DNA of 64,000 nucleotides from Phoronis australis (Eukaryota; Animalia; Phoronida), in the NCBI GenBank assembly GCA_002633005.1, contig NMRA01000036.1, forward strand, positions 62,001 to 126,000. Reading direction: 5' to 3'. The notes beneath the pieces were generated by a model. It saw only the letters and a list, made by a program, of their open reading frames with translations, was not told the origin of the DNA and did not search any database. The first letter of the stretch is position 1. Every line of letters begins with the position of its first letter. Shown here one piece after another: positions 1 to 14,708 of the stretch. The translations under genes and the position numbers were made by a program.

Positions 1-1437
1 AAAGCTTCAGTATCTTAAAAACGGGGTGTTATTGCTTCCGTTGACCAGCAAAGCCGACATGTGAGGAACAAAGGCTTATTTCATGTGAATAAACTTAAAG
101 TTTCTTTGTCCAATCATCCACAGCATTCACATACTGATGACGTAAATGTATTATCAAGCACTGTTTGTGTCATTAACTTGTTATTTTGTCAGAAATCAGC
201 GTTTTATTGCTGGGTCTCTAGAGAGCGCAATGTAAAAATTGGCTTGTTTACTCTGCCTAGTGCAAGTGCACTATGCATGCTAAACTCGAAACCATGCACT
301 GGCGCTATTCGTGGTGAGAACTGTCATAAAACAATATTTCATAAAATTTCCTTTAGTAGTAGCAAGGTAAACAGCCTTTGAAATGTAGAAAAAATGTCAA
401 TTTTGCTATAATTATTTTTTGCGAAATTATGGAGAACTGTCATAAAGCGTTACACTGTAGATTAATTCGTTAAATGCTTACGTATTTGTATCTGTGATTG
501 ATGACAGAAAATGAAGACGTAACGATGCGTTTCGTGTCTTGATTAGATTTATTAAAACCGACAGTGATGTAGAGTTCAGTAAATACTCTGGGAATACCAT
601 TATTTGATTTATGACATCAATTTATTGTATCATAATGTGATGTCTAGCTACTGCTGGTTACGAAACTAGTAGTTTCTGGGTATTGACCTGGAGAAGAGTC
701 TTGCTTGCAGTTGAGATCAAGAAAAACATTTTGTGAAACTCATCACTGCAATAAGACTTACCTGGCGATGTTAAAATCACAACCATGCAGTAAATGTTCT
801 GGTGGGGATTTTACAAATCTTGTCCAATGTACCGTATGTTCAGTTAGTCTTTGAAACTCACTTGTATGACTGTATAGCAGTGTTTAACATAGTAATATCC
901 TATATCACAGCCATTTACGTCATGCAGTATTGTGTGTATTTTGAGACATAGAACTGACTGTTTGAATGACATTGAAAGACTAATTCAACAACCACATTTT
1001 TATGATTTGTTTATGAGTTCCAGACAGTTAATATGAGCTGGAAATCCAAGCACTTTATATTTTTATTTGAAATACTGGGTGTATAAAGACCTAACTGTTA
1101 ATAATGTTAAAGTGAATCGAATTTAATCAGAGATTTAAATTCAGTTTATAGACATTGTGAAGACCAGCAAAAGTTGTTTGTTTACTCAGATTTTCACTGT
1201 GAAGTATATCATTCATTTGGGTTGTGAGGGGGTAAGTGTTCCACAGAATGTTTTTCAATTTTGCAGTGATTGTAAATTCATTGACTGTCATCACAGACCA
1301 TCGTTTTAAGTGAAGGTTGAAATATGAAAATCCTCTAACTGTGGTGCTGTCAGTTTCAACTACATTAAATCTTCATTGATTAGAGAATGCTATCTACCAA
1401 TTACTCAACCGCCACCTAGCGGCGAGGTGTGCAAACT

Positions 1438-1635
1438 TTACCAGAAAATGGTCACAAGAAGGGCCGTGCCCGAGTGCTGTCTAATCAAATGCTTACAGGC
1501 AACGTCAGCCCTGGAGTTCTGCGCCTTCTGCTGTCACGGGGATGGTCTGGGGAGGGGATTAATGCACCAGCATATCCCCAATGATCCTGTCGGTGACAGG
1601 TATTACAGGTATTACAGGTATTACCAGAAAATGGT
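1438..1635 (+). mobile_element. 5'-truncated non-LTR retroposon fragment with a 15-bp target-site duplication
   Basis: TTACCAGAAAATGGT at 1438-1452 and 1621-1635 flanks a 168-bp GC-rich insert ending in (CAGGTATTA)x3. Confidence 0.7.
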
Positions 1636-3565
1636 TTCTAGCTAGGTTGATGAATGTTTTTCCTACATTAGACGTGTAACTTAGTCCATAGAGGACTGAT
1701 CATGCAGTGACTTTAATTGTTGAGTTACCTATGAAACCAGCACTAATCATATCCTTGGGCTGGTTTTACTGACTTATCTTGTACTTTGGGTTAAGCTTTA
1801 AGTATTTCTTATACTAGACATAACTTTCTTGAAATGGCCCCAGCTACTCTTGCTTTGTGTTAGCTGTCCGTTCCTGTCCTAAGTAAAACTCAATTCGTGA
1901 CTGGAAAATTTGGTACGCAAAAACTTATGACGTGTGACAAAAGATGTGATAGGTAAAATCTTAACCAGAAATGATTTTAAAGAAAATATACAATATCAAA
2001 TAAATGCTTTATCAATTTTATGTTCTATGTAATCGCTAGACACTGTTTTTGAGAATTTGTGGATTTTCTCAATAGCATTAGAAGCCTTCGAAATTTAAAA
2101 AAGGTGAATATTGGTAATTATTATGTTTGTATGAAATTAGTGAGATTTTTCAAATTAATGTATATCACTGTTGTCATACTGTACTCCTTTAGTTGTTTTG
2201 CACACACCGCCAAAATGGTCATTTTTCTTATTTCCGAATGCAGACCACCAGGCTAGTACAGAATAAAATTTTTTTAATGGGCCATTTCGTCACTGATAAG
2301 CTGTCAAAGTTGAATTCTTTACTGAAGCACCATGGTCATTGTGTGTTGATCTGTCGCTGAATTAGCCAATGAATGAGTGAAATGCTGTTTTAAATTTTGT
2401 TGGAAATTGCACATAATAAAGGTGCACATTTCACTAAAGGTTTATGCTTGATATGCAAAAATAAATCATTTGTAAATATATAGGTAGAACTATGGACTCA
2501 ATGACTGATTGTCAGCGAATTTGAATCTTTACATTTTTGTAATCAGTTTACACTATCTGGCTTACTCAAACCGGTGCACTTATTGGCATTATATTGTTTC
2601 ACAACAATTCTTGTTGAGACATTGGTCTGTCCTGTCAGGACATTTTGTGCTGTGATCAACTGTAAACATGTATGATAACATCTTAATTCTGATGGAATAG
2701 ATACTGACAATGTTGTTCTTCTAGAATTGATCAGTTACGAAAAGTCACTTATTTTGAAATACCCCGGTAAATGCTTCAAGAATTTGTTTGGCTATAGCCT
2801 ATATTGATCCTGAACTTTCTTATTCTATTTAGTCAAAAGTGCCCAGTAAAATCCATTAACAAATGACATCAATTTACCTGAACTGAATAGGTATGGTAAA
2901 ATCTCATCAATTTTGGAAAAATATTCACAAATTGTCTGTGTTATTTTTTTAAGAACTGTCATGAATGTCCAAAATTTCGTAGAGCATTTATTGATTATAT
3001 GTATATAATGTGGTAAAGCAATTATTTGATGAAATTTAAGCTTTTAAGGAAAAAATTACAAAATAAAATTTCACATCTCTGACTTGTGTCCTAAATTGGT
3101 GAGAGTTTATAGTATATCGTATATCAATTAAAATTTTGTCTATTTTTTCATTGAAATTTTGCTTTAAAGACAAACCAGTTGAAAAAAGTTAAATTGAGGT
3201 TATCGGGATTTAAAAGAAAAACATTTTACTTCTTCACACTGAGTGTTGAACAGTAATTTCCATGTTTAAATGTGCGTTTTAGTTAACATATATATACCAG
3301 GATATCAGCCTTCAGCTAATTTGCCTTTGTCATGTATGTAAATATTTGTCCATGACTTATGTCTGTTCAGTAATCGTTTACCCATATTTTCATCTAGTTC
3401 TTAATTGGATAACTTACACAAATGTGCATTATGGGGGCGACATCGTAAAACACCAGAGTTTTTTGCTCACCCCTTGAGGGGCAATTGGCATTGGTAATCA
3501 CTGTACCAGAACTGTTGAATATTGTTATTGCCCTTGTGGATCATACTTTTCTGCTAACATTCGGT

Positions 3566-3613
3566 CTCAGAACCAGCCTGATTCCAGCCCTCAGAACCAG
3601 CCTGATTCCAGCC
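3566..3613. repeat. 24-bp exact tandem duplication
   Basis: CTCAGAACCAGCCTGATTCCAGCC x2. Confidence 0.9.
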
Positions 3614-4760
3614 GTATTGTTTTCAACACAAATACTCTACTCACGCACTGGCTAAAATGCTTTTTTAGGTAGCACCTACTTCAGTGTCAAAAATGCCAGT
3701 AATGTAAACAGCTACAAGTGTCACTTTGGATGTCAGCTTTGCCGGCAGGCATTTTCGTTAGCACTTTTGTAGCCAGACTGGATTCAAAAGACACATCTAT
3801 ATATAGGTATTTGCAGCAATGTTAGGAGGCTTAAAAATATGAAAGGGACAATTTTGGCAATTTTTTGTCTGAAATTAACAAGATTTTGCCGTACATTGAC
3901 TCAGAGATCATTTATGTTAGACACTAACATGTACACCAGCGGAAGTCCTTCCATTATTTCACTAAAAGTGATTCTTAAAATTGTTTTTTCTCTTTTTATA
4001 AGGCCGATTACGTAGATAATTGGAAATTTCACCTAACTTCATAACTTACATCAAATTGTTAGATAAAGATAGATTAGTTAAGATATTGACTATAATTTCA
4101 TTAATAAAGTTTCACTTATAGGTCATTTTGTGTGTTTAATAGCTGAAGAATTATGACTTCATCAAACTTGCTCTAGAAGAACTCGACTTTACAGCTGATG
4201 ATAAAAGAATTTGATAGTTAGGTGAGGTAAGGTGTTTCTACTGACAGTTTCAAACCCCTACCTATCGTCCCTGCAGCTCAATGCTCACTCCGTGTGTGAA
4301 CATATCCACAGTCTCTGACCTCCAGCCTCAGTTGGGCCATTTTCTCTCACATATATTGAGACACTCCTTGGTATTTGCTATAATAACTCAGTCTATATAT
4401 GGTACTCTCTTTATGTAACAGGAATTATTATAACCTGGATTGTACTGTTCAATGTTTCAACCACACAGGTATATGAAGCTGCTGGAGTTCAGTTTTATTT
4501 ATTGGAGTCTCTGTAGGATTAACACCCATTTGGGGTACAACATTATTTGGATAAAATTTAATTTTGATACGGTTTTTCATTATGAGCAAACCATTCTGCA
4601 GAATGCTTTTCCAAGACATTTAGAATCTGAAGCTCATTGACGAGGCGTTAAATCCAGCTCATTTTGCATGGGAACCATAAAATGTTACGCGTTAAAATAT
4701 ATACCATATTCATGCTTCTGTTATTACCTGCTCTGGTTGATTATTCTTCTTTGGTGACAC

Positions 4761-4847
4761 CCTTGCAATGCTAAGTACTAGTCCTTGCAATACTAAGTAC
4801 TAACCTTTGCAATGCTAAGTAATAGCCCTTGCAATGCTAGTACTAGC
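4761..4847. repeat. 22-bp minisatellite, about 4 copies
   Basis: Variants of CCTTGCAATGCTAAGTACTAG(T). Confidence 0.85.
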
Positions 4848-7800
4848 AAGTGAAACCAATAAACTTTCTCATGCAGCTTGCTTGGAACTGGTGAGTGGAC
4901 AAGATTTGTTAACATGGAAAGAATAAAACCCATTGTCATCTAATACCCCCTTCTGTTGGTCTTTTCTAATAGCCAATTACCAGTCTTTTGTAATGTAACC
5001 TTACTCATAATATTATTACTTTGGGTCTCTCCAGGGCATAAAGCATAGAAATTTGTACTCAGCTCATTGTAGATCTAGGTGAGAAGAATATTGTCCTTGC
5101 ATTATGGGAGTGCCCATAAATATTGCCTGATATGTTTACATCATAGTGCTGTTATATAAAAACATGAGGTCACATTTTGTGGTGTGTTGTATAGTTACAA
5201 TGTAAATATACTAGGTAGATGTTTATATTGATATGTGTATTCCTGGTCCTCATAGTTACAGGTTATACCCATTCTTACAGAGTACTGCACTGTATGTTTC
5301 CTAGAAATGCTATCTGTATCGTCAAAAAACTAATTTGATTGATTAACTAGTTAATTTTATTGACAGGCGTTTGGAACAAGTAATGAACATGACAGTTGTT
5401 TTGTTATGCTCTAACAAGTACCAACTAATTTTATTCACATCTTTCGCTGTTTAAATTAATTGGTCGAGAAACATCACATAGGAGTTCAGCGACGTTAAAG
5501 TGTGTAATGATGCTAAGTCGTTTTAACATCAGTCAGCTCTGCATCGCATGAGCTGAGCATTGATTTGTTGGTAGCCTAAATCACCCTTCTTTATTGTCTC
5601 TTATATGTCCCAGTGGGAAATCAATAATCGATTGAGGAACTCTTTGTGCCATTTCTTGTTTCCGTTTCCTGTTAGGTGCTGCTCGTTGCCGTCTCACTTT
5701 CGTAATTATACCGTGTCCTCAGGTATTTGCTTCGTTGGCAACAAAAATGATATCAGCGCCGAGGGTTTAACTGCGAAGACACAGACTTGTACTTGAAACT
5801 TAACCAGTCGTGTCAGATCATTTGAGTTCATCTTGGCAAGTTTACTTAAAACGTGCCACGCAATTTGTCAGTTTTGTTTTGAATACTGAGACAAACCCAG
5901 TCCTTGCGATCAACTAGATTGAGCACACTGATTGGACAAATTTTTTCTGCTGGCTTTTGTCACTTAAAGGTAACTTACCCCACCTTATGAAAGTTTACAC
6001 GGTGTTACTGTTTATTCCAAGTGGTGTAGATTAGTCCAGGAGGTTGACAGTGCCCAGTTGACATTAATAGCAGTTCTAGACGCCCTGTAACCTGTAATGT
6101 TGATTACGTATGCGGTTTGGGTTTGTGCAGTTTGAGTTTTTCCTCCATGTCTTGACTTTATTTAGTAATGTATCACATATCTATTCCCATCATAGAGAAG
6201 CAACAACTCTAGGGAACCGAATAACATTTGACTTTGAAAATTTATAAAAAGATGAAGAAACACAATGCTGTCATGATAGGGTATTTTACAATGATGCTTA
6301 TTTATCAAGTGGCTTTCTGGTTTTTCTATGCTGAATGCAATTGGAACGATGATCTGGTGAATGATCCAGGTTATTTTCTCCCTGTCACTTTGTTCCGGGA
6401 CATTTATCCGTCATAGGGACAGACACTTCTCAACTTCCAATTCCCTGTCTGGAATTCATCTTGCTGTGTTAAGTTGTTCATTGGAACCATCTGGCTAATT
6501 TTGAAAAACAGCTTGGCTGATATGGAAAACGATATGCAGTGCAATTTTTAGTACCCATTTCCAACCATCATCTGAACAGCTGGATAAGGTTTTGCTTGTA
6601 GTTGTGTAACACACACTTCTGCAGTCATTCACCTATCATTAGAGTCCTCTCCTGGTCTCTGTAATAGAGTGTCAATGAACAGCCTTTTTCTGCAGTTTGT
6701 TTGGTGTCTAGTTTGGATGAAAGGCCTCGAAGTTTCTCTGTTGTGCGTTGTTATCTGTGATTTGATTGCATAAAAGCCCTCGCACAAAAAGTTTTCAAGT
6801 TGTGATCGAATGCTATTATGTACTTTGCTTTGTGAACAATGTAAGGTTAGACCAAAAAGCAAAGTTGGTTTTGATCTTTGATTTTTTCGTAAAAGTCATA
6901 AATATTTCACATTTTGAAAATAATTCCTGACAGTATTTGGAGATTGGTGCATAAAGGTAGTGTCTAAAACAATCCAATCAGCAATTGCTCAGGTAAGATG
7001 CTCTAAAGTTAGCGATATCTCGGGATTTTTCTAGGGTTCTACATAACCTTATATCAAAAGTTTTTTTACTGAAAGCGTAGATTTATTCTCCTTTGAACTG
7101 AAATTACAGCAATGATTAAATCCGCAATCTTAGACAATAACTATTGCCAAATTTGTATTTTTTCTTTTTAACAAATTCTAGTAGTAGTCTGAATGTTCTT
7201 ATTTTTTTCAAAAATATTGCACTATGGTAGCCATGTGAAATAACTTGAAAGTGGTAAAGCGTTAATTTGGTACTTTTTGTTTTTGGAAAAAGAGAGAAAC
7301 ATTCCGTTTTCTCCTTATTGTGTTCTGTGCTGGCTTCAGTAGGTCAAAAATAACATAATTAGTTTTGGTATGCACTCACCTCATCGTCTCTCACCATCTA
7401 AATGAAAACACCTTCACTTTTGGTCATGGCAAGTTCTTTTCTTTGTTTCAAAAGCTTATTCTAACTGATCTAAGGTAGTTTTTTTTCAAAAAAGGTGACA
7501 TGGCAATTTTAGCACTATCACCTCTTTTAAGAACAGGTCTCCAAAAGCAAGGATAAAATAGATTTGGAGTCACAGTCAGCCGCCCCGGTCAAACGGAGTA
7601 TAACCAACCCGAAACCCCTCACCTTCATACATTGGTGGCACTGAATCACTGATACTGAAAAAAATCACTTATCACTGCAGCTCAACAACTCCTCTAATTT
7701 TTTTAAAAAGTGTACAGCTAAGAAATACCACATCACCGCATGTTTCTCAAAAAAATAGCACAGACCAGCAATTGTGTTTTTTTGGCCTTGCTGCACTGAA

Positions 7801-9567
7801 GGTGATTAATCATTGTGGTTTGAATAAGAAAACATTTTGAAATCAATCTTTTGGTTGGTTCTTTGACAGAATCAGAGATTTGCCTACAGCAACAGGCATG
7901 TTTCTCATGAAAAGCGATTACCTCAGTTGCTGATGAAAAGCTGTCTTACAATTATTACATAATTAAAAAAGAATGCCTTGCATTAGTTCAGGTGCAGTCT
8001 TTTTTTCTTGCTCAAGGAATGCAGACTAGTAACTCAAAGCTATTTGTCAGTTTTTAGAATGGTTTCCTCCAAGAAAAACTAAGGGGAAACCAAGAATGAA
8101 TTAATTCTTGAAAGAATAAGTTTGTGACAGTCAGGAATTACCATTGACCGTGTACTGCTTTTGTGTGCAAATTAGTTCCGAATGCATAAGTTTTGTTTTT
8201 ATAGTAAATTCATCGAAAGCCACTCTTATTACGTTCTTCCTATTAATGTGACTTTAGAAAACCTTCGTCTCATGGGATCGTAACTTCATCCCCACCCCGT
8301 TCCTGCCAGCTCCCTGCGGTGTTCTCTTTGGTGCGACTGTCAAAGCCGCACTGAAACCGAAGTCGTTGATTGTTTCCTGCCCAGTCTCCGCCTGATTGGC
8401 TCGACTTGAGTACGGTTAATTGCGGACGCGTATTCAAGGAAGCTTGAATACACCAGTGTTGCTATAATTATTAGAATCATTTTATTCTTGCCTTGGGTTA
8501 TTTACCAGAGGGCAGTCAACGGCATGTGAATATTTTTTGTAAACACCCACTAGGAAAGATTGATTATTGAATGTTTTCACATGGTTAAAAGTGGAATTCT
8601 GTGCTAGGGGTGAATAATTCAATTTGCCAAGAAAACGCTACCGTTTATGTATTCATATCCTAGTTTCTTAATTCTGCTGAAGTCCATTTGTGGTGTCAAT
8701 ATTACATCGAGTAATTGGCTTTTGTTATTAGGAATTGAAAATGATATACGTTAGCAATCTTATGGTTGCTGATGTGTTCGGTTCATAAGCTATGCACTTA
8801 TCATAAGCCATGCACTTATATTCTACTTGTTAATTAATGATTAGGGCAATGGGCAATTATGGGATTAGAAATATTTGGGAAATATTCTAGAAACTGGTCC
8901 CTCTGACTTAGTAAATGCCAAGCGTTTTAGCCTTTCCTTGTGCATAAAAATAAAGCGGATTAGACACAAAAGTTAAGTAGCGAAAACACCAGTAGTTTTG
9001 GGGTTAAAACTCAAACTTCCCAACAAAGCACCAGCAAAAGTGACCCCTGCGACTGTTAACATTTCTGGCGTTTTGCTAAGCAAAAGTGGTAGCACAAACT
9101 CTAGCGTTTTAGCCAAATTGTGAAAGTGGTATTCGAGAAGGTTAGTGAAGTCATACATTCCCTAGTGATTTAGCTTGTTCTTGAGACTCTATAGACATTC
9201 ATAGCAGTGTTAGAAGTCATGTCCTGAGAGCATTTAAAAAAGTTTTAGTTTGTTTGATAATTTTGATTTGTCCGAACTATCTGGATTCGTATGTAGAACG
9301 TTCTGATAGTCTGTGGATTGAATGTATTCAAACTTTATGCACCATCCACTTGTAGTTTCTCATGAAGAGCCAAAGGGCTTTTAAATGAATACCTTTTTGT
9401 GAGTTAAAATATACTTATTCAACGTGCACTTAATCGCTTATTCAACGCGTACCTTTAATCAGTATGCGTACTTTATTTGTGCCAGTGCGGCATACTGAAT
9501 TATGTCCAGTCTAAGAATAAAGGTTCCCCAAATTCCTAGTGATAAGGGTGAGTAGTAGGTGCCTTAA

Positions 9568-10302
9568 AGAGGCCTGGAACATGAAAGCATACTAAATTGT
9601 ATTATTCAAAGTGGTTCTCTGTCACTAAAACAGAATTCAGCCAGTTCACCTGGTATTTTTAAGTTTGGTTCGTCAAAAATTTTTAAGTTCTGTTGATGTC
9701 AGAGTATTTTTCTTTTAATTTCCAATTTCAAAAAAATGATCTGTTAACTGCTCGTCACTTAGTCGATTTTTCTCCCACAAGGCAAAGGACATTTCCCTAT
9801 TTGGTATGGCAAGACATTTCCCTTATATGGAAATGGGAACTTTGACCTTTGATGTAAACAAAGCAATGGCGTCTTCAAGTACTAGCCAGTCCAATTGAGA
9901 ATCAATTGAAGTCCTCACTTTTCAAAATTAGCTATAATGGTATCGTAGTATTCAAATGTATTCTAAAATGCACTTACTGGCTTGCCTCGTGCCGTGGTGT
10001 TGATCTCAGATTCAGAAAGCAATCACACATAATAATCTGCCGTTAATAACAATCTTTTCAGTCAGCTGTTTGTGGAATGACTGTGAGCGCATGCGCACAT
10101 TTTTCACCAGTCCGAAAATAATTAGAAACTCTGTGGTGACTACAGAGTTTTTCTGTAGCGTGTATCTCAAAAATCGTGAATTTTCCGACTTCTTCTGGAA
10201 AATCCCTTCACAGTGCAAAGTAAATAACTCTGTAGTTTGTAGTACTATCTTCAGGAATAGTTTATAAGATATTTTTGAGAAGCTTTCTCATTCCATGCCT
10301 CT
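9568..10302. mobile_element. Non-autonomous DNA transposon (MITE) with TTAA TSD, Kolobok-like
   Basis: TTAA|AGAGGCCTGGAACATGAAAGC ... GCTTTCTCATTCCATGCCTCT|TTAA: imperfect TIRs of about 21 bp, AG termini, TTAA on both sides. Confidence 0.7.
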
Positions 10303-10951
10303 TTAAGAGTCCAGGTTAGGATTAAGGACCACCATAAGGGTTGTCACAATAACTAGCGGAACAACTCTGATTTATGTCAGTTTCAATGCTGTTTCCAAAC
10401 TCAAAGAACACCATCCCTAAGCAATATTGATAAATTGAATTTTTATGCAATGATTTGAAACTTACTTGTTCCTCACAAAGTCAATAACACCTTCATTAAG
10501 GTGCTCGTTTTATAGAAATCGACAGCTACTGTCTTCAAAATTCAAACCTTATTCTTCAACGACACGAATTATCAGCTCTGCAACTTGAGTAGCTTATTCT
10601 GCATATTGAATAAGTTCAGAAAGGTAATCGTTTCTAAGAACCCATTCTGCGTGCTAAACAACTAATTCAATGGTACACAGAAAGGTGCTTGTTTAAGAAA
10701 ATTTTGTTGCTCCATAATTTCTAGTTGTCAGAGAAACTGCACTATTAACTGTGTTGATTAACCACTTATCTACTAATTTCCTATAATGACAACCCTCATA
10801 AAGCTGCTGTGATTAGCCCTAATCATTTCCTATTTCCACAATTGTCTAACGATTATGTCTCGTTTTGCTAAAAAATAAAAGTAATTGTACATCTTTAAGA
10901 CATCTAAAAGCTTTGTTGTGATTTGATGCTCTCAGCTACTACTCAAGATGC

Positions 10952-11180
10952 GAGGAGGCAGTGTGGCCTAGTGTGAGGGGTGTCCGTTTTCTTTACTCGA
11001 GGTTGTGGGTTCGAGTCCTGCTGGGTCACACTGCTCGACCCTTGAGTCAGGTTTCTAGCTACTCAGCTCAGTTTTATCATATATTAATAAAGTATAAAAA
11101 TGGTTCCAGATGATCAGTGCAATGGGCCCACATGCGCTGTCTGCACACGTCTGATACAACGTGTATCGGACCCCCTCCAA
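10952..11180 (+). mobile_element. tRNA-derived SINE (degenerate)
   Basis: A-box TGGCCTAGTG and B-box GGTTCGAGTCC, followed by a CCCTTGAG..GG body motif. No valid cloverleaf; 3' boundary approximate. Confidence 0.6.
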
Positions 11181-14100
11181 TTGTTTTTTTTTTTCTAGTT
11201 AAGATTCACCCATATGAAATTTTAGCATTTAATAAGATAGCAAACTGATGTGATGGAACAATAAACTGAAACTTAAGATTTGTATTGCATCTGAAAAGGT
11301 CTTTCTCACTGCCTCCAAAGCTGCAGTAACTGAAGCTTACTGGGAACACTCAACTTTGAAGTTAACAGCGCTAGTAAACTCCAAAGTTAAGAGGTGGATT
11401 TAACAGCAAACCGTCGACACTGCGGTATAATGAGAGCATTAACTTGGATGCCATCAAAATTATCACCAGGTGTCACTGTGTTCATTCGGAAACAGCGGGT
11501 GGTAACCGGGTAATATTTGTTAATATTTTGTTACAATATTTGTTATTTTGGCAGTATAAGCATTGTTTTGATTTGCCCACATGCTTGCTAGATTCTTTCA
11601 TAAGAAATGATAAATAAATCACTGAACGTTTTGTGTGTTCTGGAGTTCCCACCAAACGTCACACCGCCTATACGCAGACCTATAACTCCGAAGTTAATGT
11701 GAAAACTCACGCTAACTTTGTGGTTAACCACGGTTAACAGCAATGCTTCAATAGTAGTAGTTAACTGTATGAGAAACTGTTTTCAAGTTTAGACACTGGG
11801 CTACTAAATGAATGTAACATAAATCGTAAAGACATACCTTTGTTCGAAATTAGGTATTAAATTGATATTCTATTTTGCAAGTGAAATACCCATTTCAATA
11901 CTGAGGCTAAAGTTGCTAAAAATTTCCCTATATTTATACCAAAATATTAAAGGGGCCCATATTGATGACACGCACACCCCTGCAGTCTGAAGAACACCTG
12001 AGGTATTGTACTTTAAATGATCTCTGTGTATATTTTCGTTGGAGTTTATTCGCCATGTAAAGCATAGCTGGACAGCAAGAGAGAGCATGTGCCATGGTGC
12101 TTGAGGTATTTAGGTTGGTCATGCTGAGATGTTTTTGTAAACTGACAGAGTTCAAGACCTCAGGTACTAATGTCTTGGCTTGATACTTTAAATATTTATA
12201 GTCCAAGCTCTGGTTACCATCTCCCTTTATGTCATAGGATGAAGAAAATTTAGTTTATCTGTGTTATCGTAGGTTATAGAGACCATTCCTTGATGAGGTG
12301 GTTTCATGAATTGTGAATTTTTATTGGCAAACAATTCATTAGAATAGTTTTTTTAAGGCCCGGATCCACCTTGAATGCCATCTACGGTCACATTTTGATC
12401 GGTGGCAATGTTAAATTTTTACAAAAAATGCCTTCGCTATACCGTTTCAAAGGCCTTGGTGATGGCCTGGTTATTAATTTCAGTAACGTTCTTCTTGTAA
12501 GTTCATTTTAGTCGCTCCAGGATCCATTAGGAGCACACCTGTCTTCAGCAGGCATTGCTTAGTGTGACAAACACAACAGTATTATTTCACTGTTGTCATA
12601 GCAAAAAACACCCTGAACGAAAAAAAGTGCTGATATATTGCATATACAACGATCACTCATGGCAGTATCTGTTTAACTCATCTTCATCTGATTCTGATGT
12701 CTCTATCTGATTAGCCAAGTCGGCAGAAGAATGAACTATGATTGCCTAGCAAAGCTGATTTGGTATGCTGCACACATTTTTCAGGAGTCGTCTGAATATC
12801 TGTAGAATGTAGGCTGTTATTAGGTTCCAAAATACATTTCTGTCAAAAAAATTTTCGTTCTGGCATATTTCATTCTGTACTCAAAGTGCCAAAACAGTTG
12901 GTGAAAATTAGTAGCGTTTCCATGCATTTAAGACTCCCAGAAATTTTGCAGGAATCTTTTTGCCTGAATAATTTCTAACTGATCTGTTGTGCCCTCAAAG
13001 AGTTGATGACCCCAACAAATTCTATAGCCCCCTATGGGCATCGGTGAGCCTCACATCAGTAATAAATGTCAGAGCCCAAGGCTGTCATACTGCCATTGGT
13101 CAAGAACAGTGTGGCTCGGGAATTTTAATTGAGTAAACAAAGGTCACCTAGTAAATTCGCCTGAAAAAATACTGGGATTATTTCAGGCACTTTTCTCATG
13201 GGAACACAACCGAAAGTCAAATTGTTTTGTAAGTATGCTGGAAGCAAATTAAATTATAGGGAGGGTGGTGTTTGTTAGCTGCTGCATATATGAGCAAAAT
13301 TAAGAATGCTCACAGTTGAACCATGCTGAGAGCACTATCTCAGTAGTGCTCATTTGAGCTCCAACTGTTTTGATTTCGGACTCATCTCACATTGCATTTT
13401 GACATGTATCTACACAGTTTGTTTTCCACTTCTGTCACCTGTTTGGGAAGGTGAACTGTTGCCTTGGAAGTGGCTTAAAGTAATAAACCGAAACGTCGGA
13501 TCAACATGTCTTTATTTACGTACACGCTCATCTTAAAATTTTTGCTTCTGTTTTGGCCTAAAACGAGTGTGATGTGATGAGCAGAATTGCTCCAGTGGCC
13601 TTTCCAAACTCCAGTCTTTGTCCAAAATTAAGTTTAGTTTTAATTTCAGTGTTCACATATCACACTGTACTAATTTTGTACAATTCCCTTATCAACTACA
13701 AATTATTTACAATCAATTATCTTTAATAATTCCTTAGTACTACAATAGCAATTATCCAATTTAGGACTGTGAAATATTTGGTTCTCACGGTCAGAAATAT
13801 TTAATATTGGCTGTCTCAAATTCAAGAATTACAATCACAAACACAAATGATCATTCACTTCATTGTTAGCCACTATGGGGACGCGAAAAAACGTGTCCGC
13901 GGATATTTTGGATGATTTGATGAACTGCCAAGTTTATTTTCAGACTTGGTTGATATATGATGCAGTGTCCAATATTTGAGAATTATGAACTCCAAAATTT
14001 TCCCATGTCCCAGTCTTCAGAGTCAAGAAAATTCAATTTTGACTTAAATTTCACTGTCCCAAATGTTAGTGACCGTCCAAATGTTAGCAACTGTGCCAAA

Positions 14101-14541
14101 CTGGAGAATTTTTACAATAGTGTGGTTTTATAAATTATTTTTATGTGTTCATTATCCCATTTTGCTATTAATCGAAGACTTGAAAATTAAGAAACTCATA
14201 TTTGTTGAAGTTCTTTGCCTTATTCTGTGCTAAATGTACAGAGAAGAGATAAAAAATACAAATGTTAGCACAACCAGCATATTTGCTCGATATCATCTGT
14301 CGCAAAATGTTTTGAAGTCCATACCTGATACAATACTGCTTTTGTTGTATAATCCTAGTCTCTCTGCCTGTGGTTCCTTATGAAGCACTTAATCTGTTGA
14401 TAGATCATTACCTTGCATCCATCCATATATATACACACATGCTGACACGCATTTTTCCCACCTGACTTTATACCCAGAGCTCAGCTCACCTCTGACCTTT
14501 TCCCTTCGACCTACAGCCCTGTGTGTTTCTTTTTGTTGCAG

Positions 14542-14708
14542 GCCAAGACTGTGCATGTGAGCCTGGATGGTCACACTGTTTCCCCACTAGAGGGCTTCCT
14601 AGTCAGGAAGGGTCCTGGAAACTGTTTCTTTGACTTTGCCCAGGAGATACCATTCTTCCAAGAGAATGTCAGAGCACCTGCGCTAGAGGGCAAACTTGAG
14701 GTGAACAG
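14542..14708 (+). CDS. KATNIP: KATNIP (katanin-interacting protein, KIAA0556) internal coding exon; first one visible in the window
   Basis: ttgttgcag acceptor and AG|GTGAGG donor. Encodes AKTVHVSLDGHTVSPLEGFLVRKGPGNCFFDFAQEI, recognisably like human KATNIP AKIVHVSLDG..EGFLIRKGPGNCHFDFAQEI (from memory). Phase 0 in, phase 2 out. Confidence 0.93.

Noticed and set aside
1190-1231. 42-nt cassette with AG and GTAAGT as an upstream KATNIP exon
   Set aside because: Its translation (IFTVKYIIHLGCEG) has no resemblance to the expected KATNIP sequence.
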